Shown here: positions 1 through 9,542 of the stretch, piece after piece
Layout: each line of letters starts with the position of its first letter
Numbering within the stretch: the stretch's first letter is position 1
Source: Candidatus Obscuribacterales bacterium
Lineage (GTDB): Bacteria; Cyanobacteriota; Vampirovibrionia; Obscuribacterales; Obscuribacteraceae
Direction of reading: 5' to 3'
Assembly: GCA_965228855.1 (NCBI GenBank)
Contig: CBDDIJ010000005.1
Span: forward strand, 608,001 to 672,000
Length of the DNA stretch: 64,000 bases
Position numbers and translations under genes: made by a program
Notes under the pieces: generated by a model
Seen by the model: only the letters and a program-made list of their open reading frames with translations
Databases searched by the model: none
What the model was told of the DNA's origin: nothing

Positions 1-1419
1 AAGCAAGATGGCAGCATTCAGATGAACAACAATCCCGAAAAATCGGGTCAAAAAGATATCGTGATCGAAGTAGAGCGTCAAAACGGTCAACTGATGCCGA
101 ACGAGACGCAGCAAAAAGCAATCGACGATCTATATAAGTTCTTGGACGCGCGAGTCAAAGCCGACAATCCGGAAGCCGCGAAAGCAGGCGTGAAGATTGA
201 CGACCCACAGGACCTCGTGTCGAAAGAAACGGAACAAGCAGCAAAGGCTCAAAGTTCCGACTTGCCCAGACAATCTCCCGCGGACCTCGGTCCTGCCGCT
301 GAAGAGCAAACTCAAAGAATGAACCGCTTCAGAGGAAGCGGCAACGGACAGATGTCGAGGCAGGAAGCTAACGACTACTTCCCGGAAAGAACAGTTCCGC
401 GCCAGAAAAACGAGAACGATAACATTGCAGCGATGAAAGACACCGTTGCAGGTTTCACCAGCAAAGGTGCGGAGCGCCCCTACGAGCACGTGGTGCATCG
501 CGGAGAACGCGGATGGGGCGTAGGTCGCTACGGTATGACTTACGACAATTTCGCAAACTGGCTCTCCAACCTGGACATCGATGGTCTTGAGGAGTTGGAA
601 AGACAGGGCAAAGTACCGAAAGGTACAGCCGCCAAGATGAAAGCCATGAAGGCCTCTGTCGCGAAAGCTAAAGAGTCCGGAAAAGATTCAGATCTCGATC
701 CGTTCCTTCAGAAGATGAAGGCAGGAGATCCAAACAATCCACTGACTGCCAAGGATATCAACGACAACTTCGGCAAAGAAGTGCAAGAATTGGCAGCGAC
801 TCACCAGATCGGCCGATTCACCGAAGAAATGGGTCGCGAGAAACAGAGCGTCAGCCCTGGCGAACTGGCCCTCGCATTCATGACAGGCAAAGCTCCGACA
901 GCCGAAGATCTGGCCAAGCCGGAGAACAAGCGATTCGTCGAAGCAGCTAACCAGTCCTATCAAATCGCTTTAGGTCGGTATGAAACTCCAGGCGACGGTC
1001 CGGTTAAATTCGCCGATGCAAGCAATATGTCACAAGCCATGCAGAACGCAGTTGGTAAGCAGCTGTGGCGTGGATATGACGGCGCCACCGAGCAAGGGAA
1101 CCTGGGATGCGCGATTACTGTTTCACGAATTCTGCGCGCTGGTGGTATCGAAGTTGGTGACCAACTTTCGGTCAACGGTCTGGCAGCGAAGATGAGAGAA
1201 ATGGGCGCCCAGAAAGTATCGCTCGAAGAAGCTATGCGAAGCGGCGAACACTACGTCATCATCAAGAAGCAAGGTGGAAGCCACACCGGTATCGGACTTG
1301 GCAGAACGGTCGTCGAAAACAGCTCCGGTCAACGAAGAACTGTCGAGCGCGACATTTCGCAATCCAGTTTGCGGTCCGGAAGCTACGCCTTCATCCTTCC
1401 AACGAAAAACAACGGATAA
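1..1419 (+). CDS. 5'-truncated protein with a lysozyme-like motif region and a C-terminal NlpC/P60-like (Cys-His) domain; putative peptidoglycan hydrolase/effector
   Basis: Frame is open from base 1 (KQDGSIQ-M), so the ATG at 22 may be internal. Motifs GVGRYGM...FGKEVQELAA resemble lambda-R-type GRYQ...FSPxxQD. C-terminus has GCAITVSRIL...SHTGI...ENSS. Confidence 0.6.
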   Translation, partial: KQDGSIQMNNNPEKSGQKDIVIEVERQNGQLMPNETQQKAIDDLYKFLDARVKADNPEAAKAGVKIDDPQDLVSKETEQAAKAQSSDLPRQSPADLGPAAEEQTQRMNRFRGSGNGQMSRQEANDYFPERTVPRQKNENDNIAAMKDTVAGFTSKGAERPYEHVVHRGERGWGVGRYGMTYDNFANWLSNLDIDGLEELERQGKVPKGTAAKMKAMKASVAKAKESGKDSDLDPFLQKMKAGDPNNPLTAKDINDNFGKEVQELAATHQIGRFTEEMGREKQSVSPGELALAFMTGKAPTAEDLAKPENKRFVEAANQSYQIALGRYETPGDGPVKFADASNMSQAMQNAVGKQLWRGYDGATEQGNLGCAITVSRILRAGGIEVGDQLSVNGLAAKMREMGAQKVSLEEAMRSGEHYVIIKKQGGSHTGIGLGRTVVENSSGQRRTVERDISQSSLRSGSYAFILPTKNNG

Positions 1420-1962
1420 AGTCTTGAGCACGGATGTGGCCTCTAGAATCAGCACTGAATACGGTGACTGTATAAAAGGGCATCTCATCCCCAGGTTCAT
1501 CCCTGTAGTCGGCTGCATTTGTATTGCGGCCGACTCACTGCTTTAAGATGGCTCTCTAGTCCATGTCAATTCAGGGTAGAAAACTGCGACACGTTCCGGT
1601 CGCTCAGACACGTCGGAATTTTTCTGACAACGAATTTTGAATATAAGAGGAACGAACCAAACGCAGCAATTGGCATGCGACTCGTTGCCTGATAAAAACA
1701 ATATGATGCCAAGAGATTGATTTCGCAAATTGTTCGTGGCATCATTGCAAAGCTGAAAGACGACCAATCCGGTCAACTTTGTCAGATTGAGACAAAAGAC
1801 CCAGTGGTTGCCACTTTCTAGACAGCAGGACTTTCAAATGATCACGAGTCAGCCCCGCGCTTGACAAGACGCTTAAAACATTCCAGTGCACCGTATGCGG
1901 TGCTAAGAGAAGGTGCTTCGCATCAACGTGAACATCGAAATCGTTACTAAGGAGGCCGTTAA

Positions 1963-3174
1963 ATGACTTCTATCTATCTCGACAACAGTGCCACCACTAA
2001 GGTCAGAGAAGAAGTAATCGCAGCAATGCTCCCCTACTTGTCGGAGCACTGCGGCAATCCATCTTCGATCCACGGGGCTGGACGTCGGGCTCGGCAAGCC
2101 GTAGAGCGCGCTCGCGCGCAAGTAGCACAGCTTATTAATGCTAAGCCGTCCGAGATCTATTTTTCGTCAGGTGGAACCATGAGCAACAACACCGCGATTC
2201 TCGGACGCGCAGATTTCGTCGAGCAGCGCAACCTTGGTAAACACTTGATCACCATTTCAATCGAGCATTCATCTTCGTTGAGCCCTGCTAAACAGCTTCG
2301 CCAGCGCGGTTGGGAAGTCACCATCCTCGGTGTCAATCAAGATGGCATCGTTGATCTCAAGGAACTAACGAAATCAATCCGACCAGACACGAGTATCATT
2401 TCTATTATGTGGGCGAACAACGAGATAGGCTCGTTGCAACCAGTGGAACAGATTGCCGAGATCGCCAGGGCTCGAAACATCCACTTCCATTGCGATGCTG
2501 TTCAAGCAGCAGGACGAATTCCGATCGACGTAAAAAAAGTTCAAGTCGACACGCTCTCATTGTCAGGACACAAGTTTTACGCGCCTAAGGGAATAGGCGT
2601 GCTGTACGTCCGCGATGGTGTACGCGTTAACCCGCTCTTGCATGGCGGAGGACAGGAACGCGGACTATTTCCGGGAACCGAATCTGTGGCGAACATCGTC
2701 GGCATCGGCGAGGCGGCTTATCAAATCTCGAAAGAACTTCAAGTCAATGCCAGCCATCTTCGCGACCTACAGAAACTTCTGGCTCAAAGACTGACTCGAT
2801 ATGGCAGCGTGCGTATCACAGGACCACGCGACCTGTACAATCGTCTACCGGGTCACCTCAGCATAGTCATCACAGGCGCTCGCGGCGCAGAGCTCGTTGA
2901 AGAAGCGAGCACTCGAGACGTGTTTATATCAAGCGTATCGGCTTGCTCCAGCGGAGGCGGCTCTCCATCTCATGTACTGAAGGCAATCGGACTGGATGAC
3001 GACGAAGCCCTGGGTGCTCTGCGCATCTCCGCCGGCCGCTTCAACACCGAATCAGACGTCAGAAGCGCGGCCGACACCATAGCCGAGTTGATCTCAGCGA
3101 GGGCCATCAACCCTGGCACCGCTCTCCATCACATCGGTCACCAGCAGCTAAATTCGGTCGCCAGCTTCCAATGA
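1963..3174 (+). CDS. iscS: Cysteine desulfurase (IscS/NifS, class V PLP enzyme)
   Basis: IYLDNSATT, GNPSSIH, HCDAVQA, SGHKFYAPKGIG (PLP Lys), SACSS catalytic Cys loop; SD AAGGAGG upstream. Confidence 0.93.
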   Translation: MTSIYLDNSATTKVREEVIAAMLPYLSEHCGNPSSIHGAGRRARQAVERARAQVAQLINAKPSEIYFSSGGTMSNNTAILGRADFVEQRNLGKHLITISIEHSSSLSPAKQLRQRGWEVTILGVNQDGIVDLKELTKSIRPDTSIISIMWANNEIGSLQPVEQIAEIARARNIHFHCDAVQAAGRIPIDVKKVQVDTLSLSGHKFYAPKGIGVLYVRDGVRVNPLLHGGGQERGLFPGTESVANIVGIGEAAYQISKELQVNASHLRDLQKLLAQRLTRYGSVRITGPRDLYNRLPGHLSIVITGARGAELVEEASTRDVFISSVSACSSGGGSPSHVLKAIGLDDDEALGALRISAGRFNTESDVRSAADTIAELISARAINPGTALHHIGHQQLNSVASFQ

Positions 3175-3220
3175 AGCAGTTGAAGTCCTTTCACAAAAAA
3201 GTTTTTCTCACGCAGTAAAC

Positions 3221-3253
3221 CGAAGAAAGGAGGATTCGTCCTCCTTTTTTTCG
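3221..3253. terminator. Bidirectional intrinsic terminator between convergent genes
   Basis: AAAGGAGGA-TTCG-TCCTCCTTT followed by a T tract, with an A-rich 5' side. Confidence 0.85.
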
Positions 3254-3259
3254 TGATGG

Positions 3260-4315
3260 CTATTTCGACATCGGAATGGATAAAGTAAACTCGCTACCGA
3301 CGTTTTGCTCCGTGACAAAAGTCAAATCACCACCGATAGTGGCAGCCAGCTCCTTCGATAGATATAAACCAAGTCCCGTACCGGTCCCGCTTTCTCGGCT
3401 CTTATGAGTCTGCCAGAATCGCCTGAAAATTCCTTCTTTCTGCTCCTCTGTCATACCAGGTCCGGAGTCTCGAACCGAGATCAGCAGCATGTTTTCCTCC
3501 ACCCAGGCTCGCACGACGACTAGACCTTCGACTTTGGTAAACTTGAAGGCGTTACTGAGCAAGTTTGTCAAAATTCGTTTGATAATCAAACCATCGCCTC
3601 TGATCTGATTTACGTTCGCGTCAATTTCCTTACGAAATTCAAGCTTTTTATCAACGATAGTGAAACTAAACTGCTCGCAACTCTGGTTGATCAGAGCAGG
3701 AACATCCAAAAGTTCCTGAATCGGGACTAGACTTCCAGCGTCAAAACGATAGACGTCCAGCAGATTGAAAATCATACGGACCATCTCTCTATTAGAATCG
3801 AGCAGCTGGTTGATGATGAGCTGTTGCTGCTCAGCCGGCACTTGGCCACTGGCAAGGTATTCAAGGACCCTCGTTGCGCCCAATAGAGGACTTTTCAAAT
3901 CATGGGTTATGGCAGCGACAAAGTCCTCGCGCTGACGCATCAACACCTCTAGTTCGCGGTTTTTCCGTTCTAGTTCCTCGGTTCGCTTCGCCAACGATAC
4001 ATCGCTAGCGCGTAGAGCTTTGTTTTTCTGAACGACATCCAGGGCGGAAATGGCAAGTTGAGCTGCCTGTTGGGCCAACTCTAGCTCCTTTGACTCCAAA
4101 AGCGCGGAGCTGACGGACAAATCGGCGTCGGATTTTTCCATAAGCCGGGTATTTGCTACCAACGCCTTTTCAGTGGCCACCAAGCGCTCGTCACTTTTGA
4201 CAAGCTTCAACTTCATCTCATCGCGCTCACGCGTCCTTTCGGACAGTCGCTTTTGAGAATGGGCTAGGTCTAGCTTTAGTTGGCGCTCATTATCCGACAC
4301 GGATAACACCAGCAT
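3260..4315 (-). CDS. Cytoplasmic histidine kinase (coiled coil + HisKA + HATPase), no sensor or TM domain
   Basis: H-box AITHDLKSPL, N-box NLLSNAFKFT, G1 DSGPGM, G2 GTGLGL; heptad-rich N-terminal ~125 aa. Confidence 0.92.
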   Translation of the reverse strand: MLVLSVSDNERQLKLDLAHSQKRLSERTRERDEMKLKLVKSDERLVATEKALVANTRLMEKSDADLSVSSALLESKELELAQQAAQLAISALDVVQKNKALRASDVSLAKRTEELERKNRELEVLMRQREDFVAAITHDLKSPLLGATRVLEYLASGQVPAEQQQLIINQLLDSNREMVRMIFNLLDVYRFDAGSLVPIQELLDVPALINQSCEQFSFTIVDKKLEFRKEIDANVNQIRGDGLIIKRILTNLLSNAFKFTKVEGLVVVRAWVEENMLLISVRDSGPGMTEEQKEGIFRRFWQTHKSRESGTGTGLGLYLSKELAATIGGDLTFVTEQNVGSEFTLSIPMSK

Positions 4316-4465
4316 GGCTGAATTTTAGGTTCATGCTGCCCTCCAGGTAGGCAAACAAAAAGGTAAAAATTCGCAAAAGAATATTCACGAAATGCTCGGA
4401 CTGAACTATCTTATTTTCGAATCAAATCTCCGCTATTAAAGGGGTGGAAGTCATAGGGTTTGGTC

Positions 4466-4627
4466 ATGGTAGAAGAAGCTAAAGTTCAACTGAAAAAACT
4501 TGAAGAAGCCAGAGCGAATTTGGCGCGTCAGATTGAAAACTCCATAGCAGCGTTGGCTGAACTCGATGACAAAATCAGTCAGCTGAAAATCGACATTGCG
4601 CAACTGGAAAAGTCGGCTGTCGACTAG
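4466..4627 (+). CDS. Small coiled-coil protein (53 aa), below the ORF track cut-off
   Basis: Translated by hand: MVEEAKVQLKKLEEARANLARQIENSIAALAELDDKISQLKIDIAQLEKSAVD*. Regular heptad L/I pattern; fills the gap between the kinase genes. Confidence 0.7.
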   Translation: MVEEAKVQLKKLEEARANLARQIENSIAALAELDDKISQLKIDIAQLEKSAVD

Positions 4628-4659
4628 GGTTGAAGCTAACCGTAAAGTGAATAGATTCA

Positions 4660-6135
4660 CTAATTAATCCTCAGTTTATCTAGTGTATTTGCCAACTCCT
4701 CGGCGCTTTGGAAACGGTCTTTAGGCTCCTTAGCCAGACACTTTTCGATTATTTTCTCAAGCTCCGGCGATAGCCCATGTTTTACATTCATCCACTCTCG
4801 CAGACTGGGTACTGGAGAGCGTGAGTGCATCGACATCGTCTCGAAATAACTCTCTCCCACAAATGGAGGGCATCCGCATAAGACTTCGAACATGACGCAC
4901 CCCATGGAATATATGTCGGACAAGGGCGTCACATCCTCACCCCGACATTGCTCAGGGCTCATATAAAGTGGGCTTCCCAACACCTCCCCTTGTAATGTCA
5001 ACCGATCCGAATTTTCCAGAGCCATGCACTTCGATACGCCGAAATCCACGATCTTTGGAAGAATAGTTGTTTCGTCCTCGCAAAACAGAATTATGTTGCT
5101 TGGTTTTATGTCCCTGTGCACAACACCTGCGCGATGTAGGTGCTCAAGGGCATCTGAACATTGAACAAAAATTGGAACCGCTTCTTTTTGGACGATAGCG
5201 CCACCGCACTCAATCACGTTTAACAAAGACGGGCCGTCGACAAGCTCCATAACCAGGTAAGCTGTTCGATCCCGATCTAGAAGGAAATCAAAAACTTTTA
5301 CGACCGAGCGATGAGACAGCTTCGTCATGATGCTGGCTTCTTGCACGAACCGCTGCCAAGCCGACGTCGTTGTCGGTTTAAACATTTTAACTGCCACCAG
5401 GGTGTCGGTGCTCTTACTACGCGCTTTGAAAACCGTACCCATTCCGCCCTTGCCCAGTATCTCAATGAATTCGAATCTCTCGGATGCTTCTGTCGTGTTT
5501 AAATCTTCCTTCTCGCGAGAATTCAATTCTCCATCGCTCAAAGTGGCAATTTTATTCAGGATGTTGATGACACTAAGTTTGGTATTAACCGACATTTTGT
5601 CACTTGCCTCGCCGTGGACAAGTTGGCTCAAGACCTCTGCGTCCCGGGAATTCAAACGAGTGCCGTTGTACATCTGGGCTGTAGCTCGCAGGTCGGGCAT
5701 CGCATCTTTGGAGGTGAGGAATCTCAACATATCGGCCGCGATTCGTGAGTCGATTGAGATCCCGCCGTCGTTTGCGTTTTTAATAAAATCGACGAGAGTA
5801 CCCGGTTCCACATCCTTCAAGCAGTAGCCGCTTGCTCCAATTGAGAAGGCGGAGAAAACATCATCTATTGACTCGTTGTTAGTAAGAAAAATGATTTTCG
5901 CGTTCTTATCCACCGAACGAATTTGCCTGGAGGCCTCGAGCCCGCCCATCACCGGCATTCGAATATCCATAAGAACCACATCAGGCTTGCTTTCAACGTA
6001 TTTTCTAATAGCCTGCTCGCCGTTTTCTGCAACGGAGCTTATCGTGATTTGCGCGTTTGAAACCTGCTGCACTGCCAGTTCAATGCCCATACGGATGAGC
6101 GCTTGATCTTCGACAAGCATGACATTCAAGGGCAT
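4660..6135 (-). CDS. Fusion of NarL-type receiver, degenerate LuxR HTH and Hanks-type Ser/Thr kinase
   Basis: REC: LVED, VLMDIRMP, FLT, GYCLKD. HTH remnant: LNSRDAEVLSQLVHG...INILNKI. Kinase: LGKGGMG, VAVK, HRDIKPSN, DFG, GSPLYMSPEQ. Confidence 0.9.
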   Translation of the reverse strand: MPLNVMLVEDQALIRMGIELAVQQVSNAQITISSVAENGEQAIRKYVESKPDVVLMDIRMPVMGGLEASRQIRSVDKNAKIIFLTNNESIDDVFSAFSIGASGYCLKDVEPGTLVDFIKNANDGGISIDSRIAADMLRFLTSKDAMPDLRATAQMYNGTRLNSRDAEVLSQLVHGEASDKMSVNTKLSVINILNKIATLSDGELNSREKEDLNTTEASERFEFIEILGKGGMGTVFKARSKSTDTLVAVKMFKPTTTSAWQRFVQEASIMTKLSHRSVVKVFDFLLDRDRTAYLVMELVDGPSLLNVIECGGAIVQKEAVPIFVQCSDALEHLHRAGVVHRDIKPSNIILFCEDETTILPKIVDFGVSKCMALENSDRLTLQGEVLGSPLYMSPEQCRGEDVTPLSDIYSMGCVMFEVLCGCPPFVGESYFETMSMHSRSPVPSLREWMNVKHGLSPELEKIIEKCLAKEPKDRFQSAEELANTLDKLRIN

Positions 6136-6579
6136 AGCGCACCATTTTTAGACAATTTCGGCGTTGCAACTTACTAATCGAACGCCTCGAACCCGCCGCG
6201 TCAACATATACAAATAGCTGTATCAGATCTGGAAATAAACAACAATCACCTATTAGAGCTACTGAGACTGAAGTAAGTTTGCAAAGTCGCCACCGCAGAC
6301 TCTTTTTGCTTTCATAAAATTTTCGGCACCGTCCGAATCCTCAAAGCCTTACCTTTCATGGTTTACCGGGAGCGTGACTTGAAAGAAAGCGAGAGAGTCC
6401 TGACCTGAAGAGCGCCGACACCGTTTCATACACGTTTTCGCTAAGGGATATTCGCGAATTCACAGTTTTGAGCATCGAAACTAAGATGGTATTACTGCAC
6501 TGGAACAAACCTTTCTCAAGCGCTCCTGATTGTCCCTCCGATCCGGCAAACACCGAATCGTTTCTCTGGCACGTCTACA

Positions 6580-6957
6580 ATGCTAAATCTCACTACACGC
6601 GAATTTTTCTTTCACACAGCCGCTTTGCGCAACGCCGCAGCAGAGGGCGCACTGGTCATCGCTTGCGACCCTTTTCAATCTCAAGTACATGACAAACTAG
6701 ACGAACTCTTCGGCGCTCAAGCATCTCAATGCGACACGGTGGTTTTGAAACGCTCAGCGGCACCGAAGAGCAAAACCGACAAAGTGCTCGCGCAAAAACC
6801 TGCCCGCAGACGAATAAGCTCCACGACCGCCGCTGGCAGAAAGCGCCGAATGGAACTTGAGGACACGCTGCAAATGCGCTTGAACAAAAAGACGTCTTTC
6901 AATTTCTTGGAGGCGTTTGAGAACTTCACATCATTCTTCGCAAGAAAAGGTCACTAA
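6580..6957 (+). CDS. Hypothetical basic protein
   Basis: 125-aa ORF followed by hairpins/terminator; no recognisable motif. Confidence 0.55.
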   Translation: MLNLTTREFFFHTAALRNAAAEGALVIACDPFQSQVHDKLDELFGAQASQCDTVVLKRSAAPKSKTDKVLAQKPARRRISSTTAAGRKRRMELEDTLQMRLNKKTSFNFLEAFENFTSFFARKGH

Positions 6958-6992
6958 CAACTTCGAACGAGCGGGTTCGAAGTTGGAAGGTT

Positions 6993-7027
6993 TAAGCCGG
7001 TGGACATGAGCCACCGGCTTATATTTT
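6993..7027 (+). terminator. Intrinsic terminator
   Basis: TAAGCCGGTGG-acatgag-CCACCGGCTTA followed by TATTTT; a second hairpin lies at 6961-6982. Confidence 0.75.
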
Positions 7028-7148
7028 GAGTAGCTAGAACGCCACGTAAATAAACGGTCGCACCGGTAACGTCAGTCTGTAAATTACATAGTGAAAGAAC
7101 ACGCCAACAAAGAGACCGACGATTAGTGACATCAAAACTCTGTTTCTG

Positions 7149-8330
7149 CTACTCATAATCCAACCTCCGAGCATTTTCTCGAATTTTTTCAGCCACCATA
7201 TGCGCTACCATCCTTCCCCCGGTTTCCGAAAAGTGACCCATGTCCAAATAATCATCAGGTTTAAAACCTTTTCCGATTACCGCACTATCTGCGCCTAAAA
7301 CCTTCCAGCGCTTCCTCGAAATTTCCAATATCCCGTCGTACTTTTCCAGCTGATCTGACGAGAAGCGATTTAAAATCAGAGGACTGTGTCGCGGTACAAA
7401 GACAATCGTATGCCGTAGAAGTTCTTGCGGAATCGTTCGATAGTTTTCATCCGCGTCGGCCCAACTTCGGGCAATGGGTTCCCAATCACCATCTGCATTT
7501 CGAAATGCGACTGAATTTTGCTCGCCGATCAATTCATTTTTTTTCGATTCGAGAAAGGAACCGTCAAGGTTCAAATGAGGTCTGTAAGTGTCAGCAAACG
7601 AGGCTCGCGGAGCCAGAAAATTCGGATGTGTCCCGCTGCACCATACCGTGAAAAAAAGGTTGTGACCAACCCATTGCCACAGTTCAGTGCTGCAGGTATA
7701 GAGGTCGACCTGCTTTCCTAAACTAAGATCTAATAGACTCTGATCGAAGTTTGAATGCAAAGCGTTCATATGTTCATCTAACGTTTGGGAACGCTTCGAG
7801 CTGTTGAGCAACAGCCCGTGATTTTTAAAATCAAAAAATTCGCGCCGAAGAAGAAGCCCGTCGGGAGCGCATATACGGCGGGGCTCAGCAGTTGTGACAT
7901 AGATAACTTTGCGATTCTGTTTCAACAACATCTCAGCCACCCAGGACCCCCCTTCGAAAGGAACGGCACCATCAAAGCTGTAGTTGACGACAAAATATTT
8001 TTCGCCAAGCCGCTGCTTCAGCTTTTCACTCCACAACTGCTCTTCGGTTTGTCCAAAGCCATTGAAAATGCTGTTACCACCAACAATTACAATCGTCTGG
8101 TCTCTGCGGGCAGGTTTCACGAGCGATACCATTTGACCGAGCGAAGGAAAGTACTGTGTATAGGGACTGATGTAAAAGTGGAATCGCTTGAAATTTTCGA
8201 TTTTCTGATTTTGCGAGCAAATGAAACCTGAAACACAACAGATCAGGAAACCCAACAGAGCGCCCACGAAGAATGGTTTCGGAGCTAAAAATTGTCCCGG
8301 GAAGCCGCTCTCCGGCAGTTTCAATTTCAT
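7149..8330 (-). CDS. Membrane-anchored SGNH-hydrolase-like acyltransferase (DltD/AlgJ/PatB-like)
   Basis: N-terminal TM; block I IVIVGGNS; C-terminal DxxH motif (YLDMGHFS); starts 2 nt after the MBOAT gene. Confidence 0.65.
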   Translation of the reverse strand: MKLKLPESGFPGQFLAPKPFFVGALLGFLICCVSGFICSQNQKIENFKRFHFYISPYTQYFPSLGQMVSLVKPARRDQTIVIVGGNSIFNGFGQTEEQLWSEKLKQRLGEKYFVVNYSFDGAVPFEGGSWVAEMLLKQNRKVIYVTTAEPRRICAPDGLLLRREFFDFKNHGLLLNSSKRSQTLDEHMNALHSNFDQSLLDLSLGKQVDLYTCSTELWQWVGHNLFFTVWCSGTHPNFLAPRASFADTYRPHLNLDGSFLESKKNELIGEQNSVAFRNADGDWEPIARSWADADENYRTIPQELLRHTIVFVPRHSPLILNRFSSDQLEKYDGILEISRKRWKVLGADSAVIGKGFKPDDYLDMGHFSETGGRMVAHMVAEKIRENARRLDYE

Positions 8331-8332
8331 GC

Positions 8333-9532
8333 TCAGTTTATCCTCGTCGTGAATAACAAGCAGAATTTTTCGACTGCATCCCCCAACGGATAAAAGAAAA
8401 GCAAGCGGCTTACGAATACAAAAAACATGGTTACAAGCCAGGCCGAAATCGGAAATTTATCGAAGACAAGTCCGAGTATTCCGACCACCGGTATTTTTCT
8501 GTACAGAGCACAGATACACAGTCCGACACCATGGTAGATTCCCCAGGCGACGAAGTGCCACGCGGCGCCGTGCCACAACCCGCACAGGGACATAGCCAGA
8601 AATGCAGCGAAAACTTTGCGAAGCTTCGAGTGTTTTCCGCCGGCGATTGGAATGTATATGTAATCGCGAATCCAGGTGCTCAGTGAAATATGCCAGCGTC
8701 GCCAAAACTCTCGTATGCTGGTGGCTAAATAGGGCCAGTTGAAATTAGCAGGAATCTCAATTCCCATCATTCGAGCTAAACCAATTGCAATATCACTGTA
8801 GCCGCTGAAGTCAAAATAGATTCGCAGGTTTAAAACCACCAGCAGAAGCCAACGTTCTTCCAGACTAATTGTGCTGAAAATCAAATCCCTTGACTCTATA
8901 TATGGTGTCAGGTTATCCGCTAGCACAAGTTTCTTTCCATACCCGGTAGCAACTTGCAAAAGTCCGAGCATGATCTGAGTGGAAGAAATGGCGGTGAGTC
9001 CCTGCTTCAGCGCCGGAATAAACTGGTCGAACCGTTTCACTGGACCGGCAACAAGCGTTGGGAAGAAGAAAGTGAAAGCAGCGAAGTCAGCCGGCTTTTC
9101 TATGGGAGGCTTCTGTTTTCTTATCTCCAGCAAATAGTGTACGAATTCGAAAGTAAAAAAGCTGATAGCCAGTGGCGGGGTCAGGGGAAGGGTAGAACGG
9201 ACGAGAGAATGAAAAGTGTCCTTCGCCTCCGGAGTCAGAAATGCAAAAGCCTCGTCAGCAAAAAATAGCGAATACTTATAGTGGCAAAGTGCCAGAGTAC
9301 AAGCAAGTATGGCCGTGGCGCAAAAAAGACGGTTGGCGGAGCGTCCCGCGAGGTAAGTAAGCGAAGCTAGCACCACTATCGGTACCACGCCGGCGGCTCC
9401 GGCAAAGTGCATGTGGAATAGGAAACAGAAGCACAGCAGCAGCCACAAGCGGATTTTGGGCGTGCCTGCCAGCCAGTACAGCGGCAAAAACAACACCACG
9501 CCAACGAGAAACCAATACGTGTCAAAGATCAT
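8333..9532 (-). CDS. MBOAT family O-acyltransferase (AlgI/DltB/PatA-like)
   Basis: PLAISFFTF, FFPTLVAGP, YFDFSGYSDIAIG, NFNWPY, FWRRWHISLSTWIRDYIYIP, GLWHGA. Confidence 0.95.
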   Translation of the reverse strand: MIFDTYWFLVGVVLFLPLYWLAGTPKIRLWLLLCFCFLFHMHFAGAAGVVPIVVLASLTYLAGRSANRLFCATAILACTLALCHYKYSLFFADEAFAFLTPEAKDTFHSLVRSTLPLTPPLAISFFTFEFVHYLLEIRKQKPPIEKPADFAAFTFFFPTLVAGPVKRFDQFIPALKQGLTAISSTQIMLGLLQVATGYGKKLVLADNLTPYIESRDLIFSTISLEERWLLLVVLNLRIYFDFSGYSDIAIGLARMMGIEIPANFNWPYLATSIREFWRRWHISLSTWIRDYIYIPIAGGKHSKLRKVFAAFLAMSLCGLWHGAAWHFVAWGIYHGVGLCICALYRKIPVVGILGLVFDKFPISAWLVTMFFVFVSRLLFFYPLGDAVEKFCLLFTTRIN

Positions 9533-9542
9533 GGCTGGAAAA

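Noticed and set aside
1543..1776. 77-aa ORF upstream of the cysteine desulfurase
   Set aside because: Non-ATG start, no SD, no protein-like pattern.
4340..4385. GGCAAAC...CGCAAA, reminiscent of a c-di-GMP-I riboswitch
   Set aside because: Lacks the GAAA tetraloop stem and the complementary pairing needed.
4451..4660. 69-aa minus-strand ORF between the kinases
   Set aside because: Antisense shadow of the better + strand coiled-coil ORF at 4466-4627.
6961..6982. GGGTTCGAA resembling a tRNA T-loop
   Set aside because: Part of a simple hairpin (CTTCGAAC/GTTCGAAG); no cloverleaf or acceptor stem.
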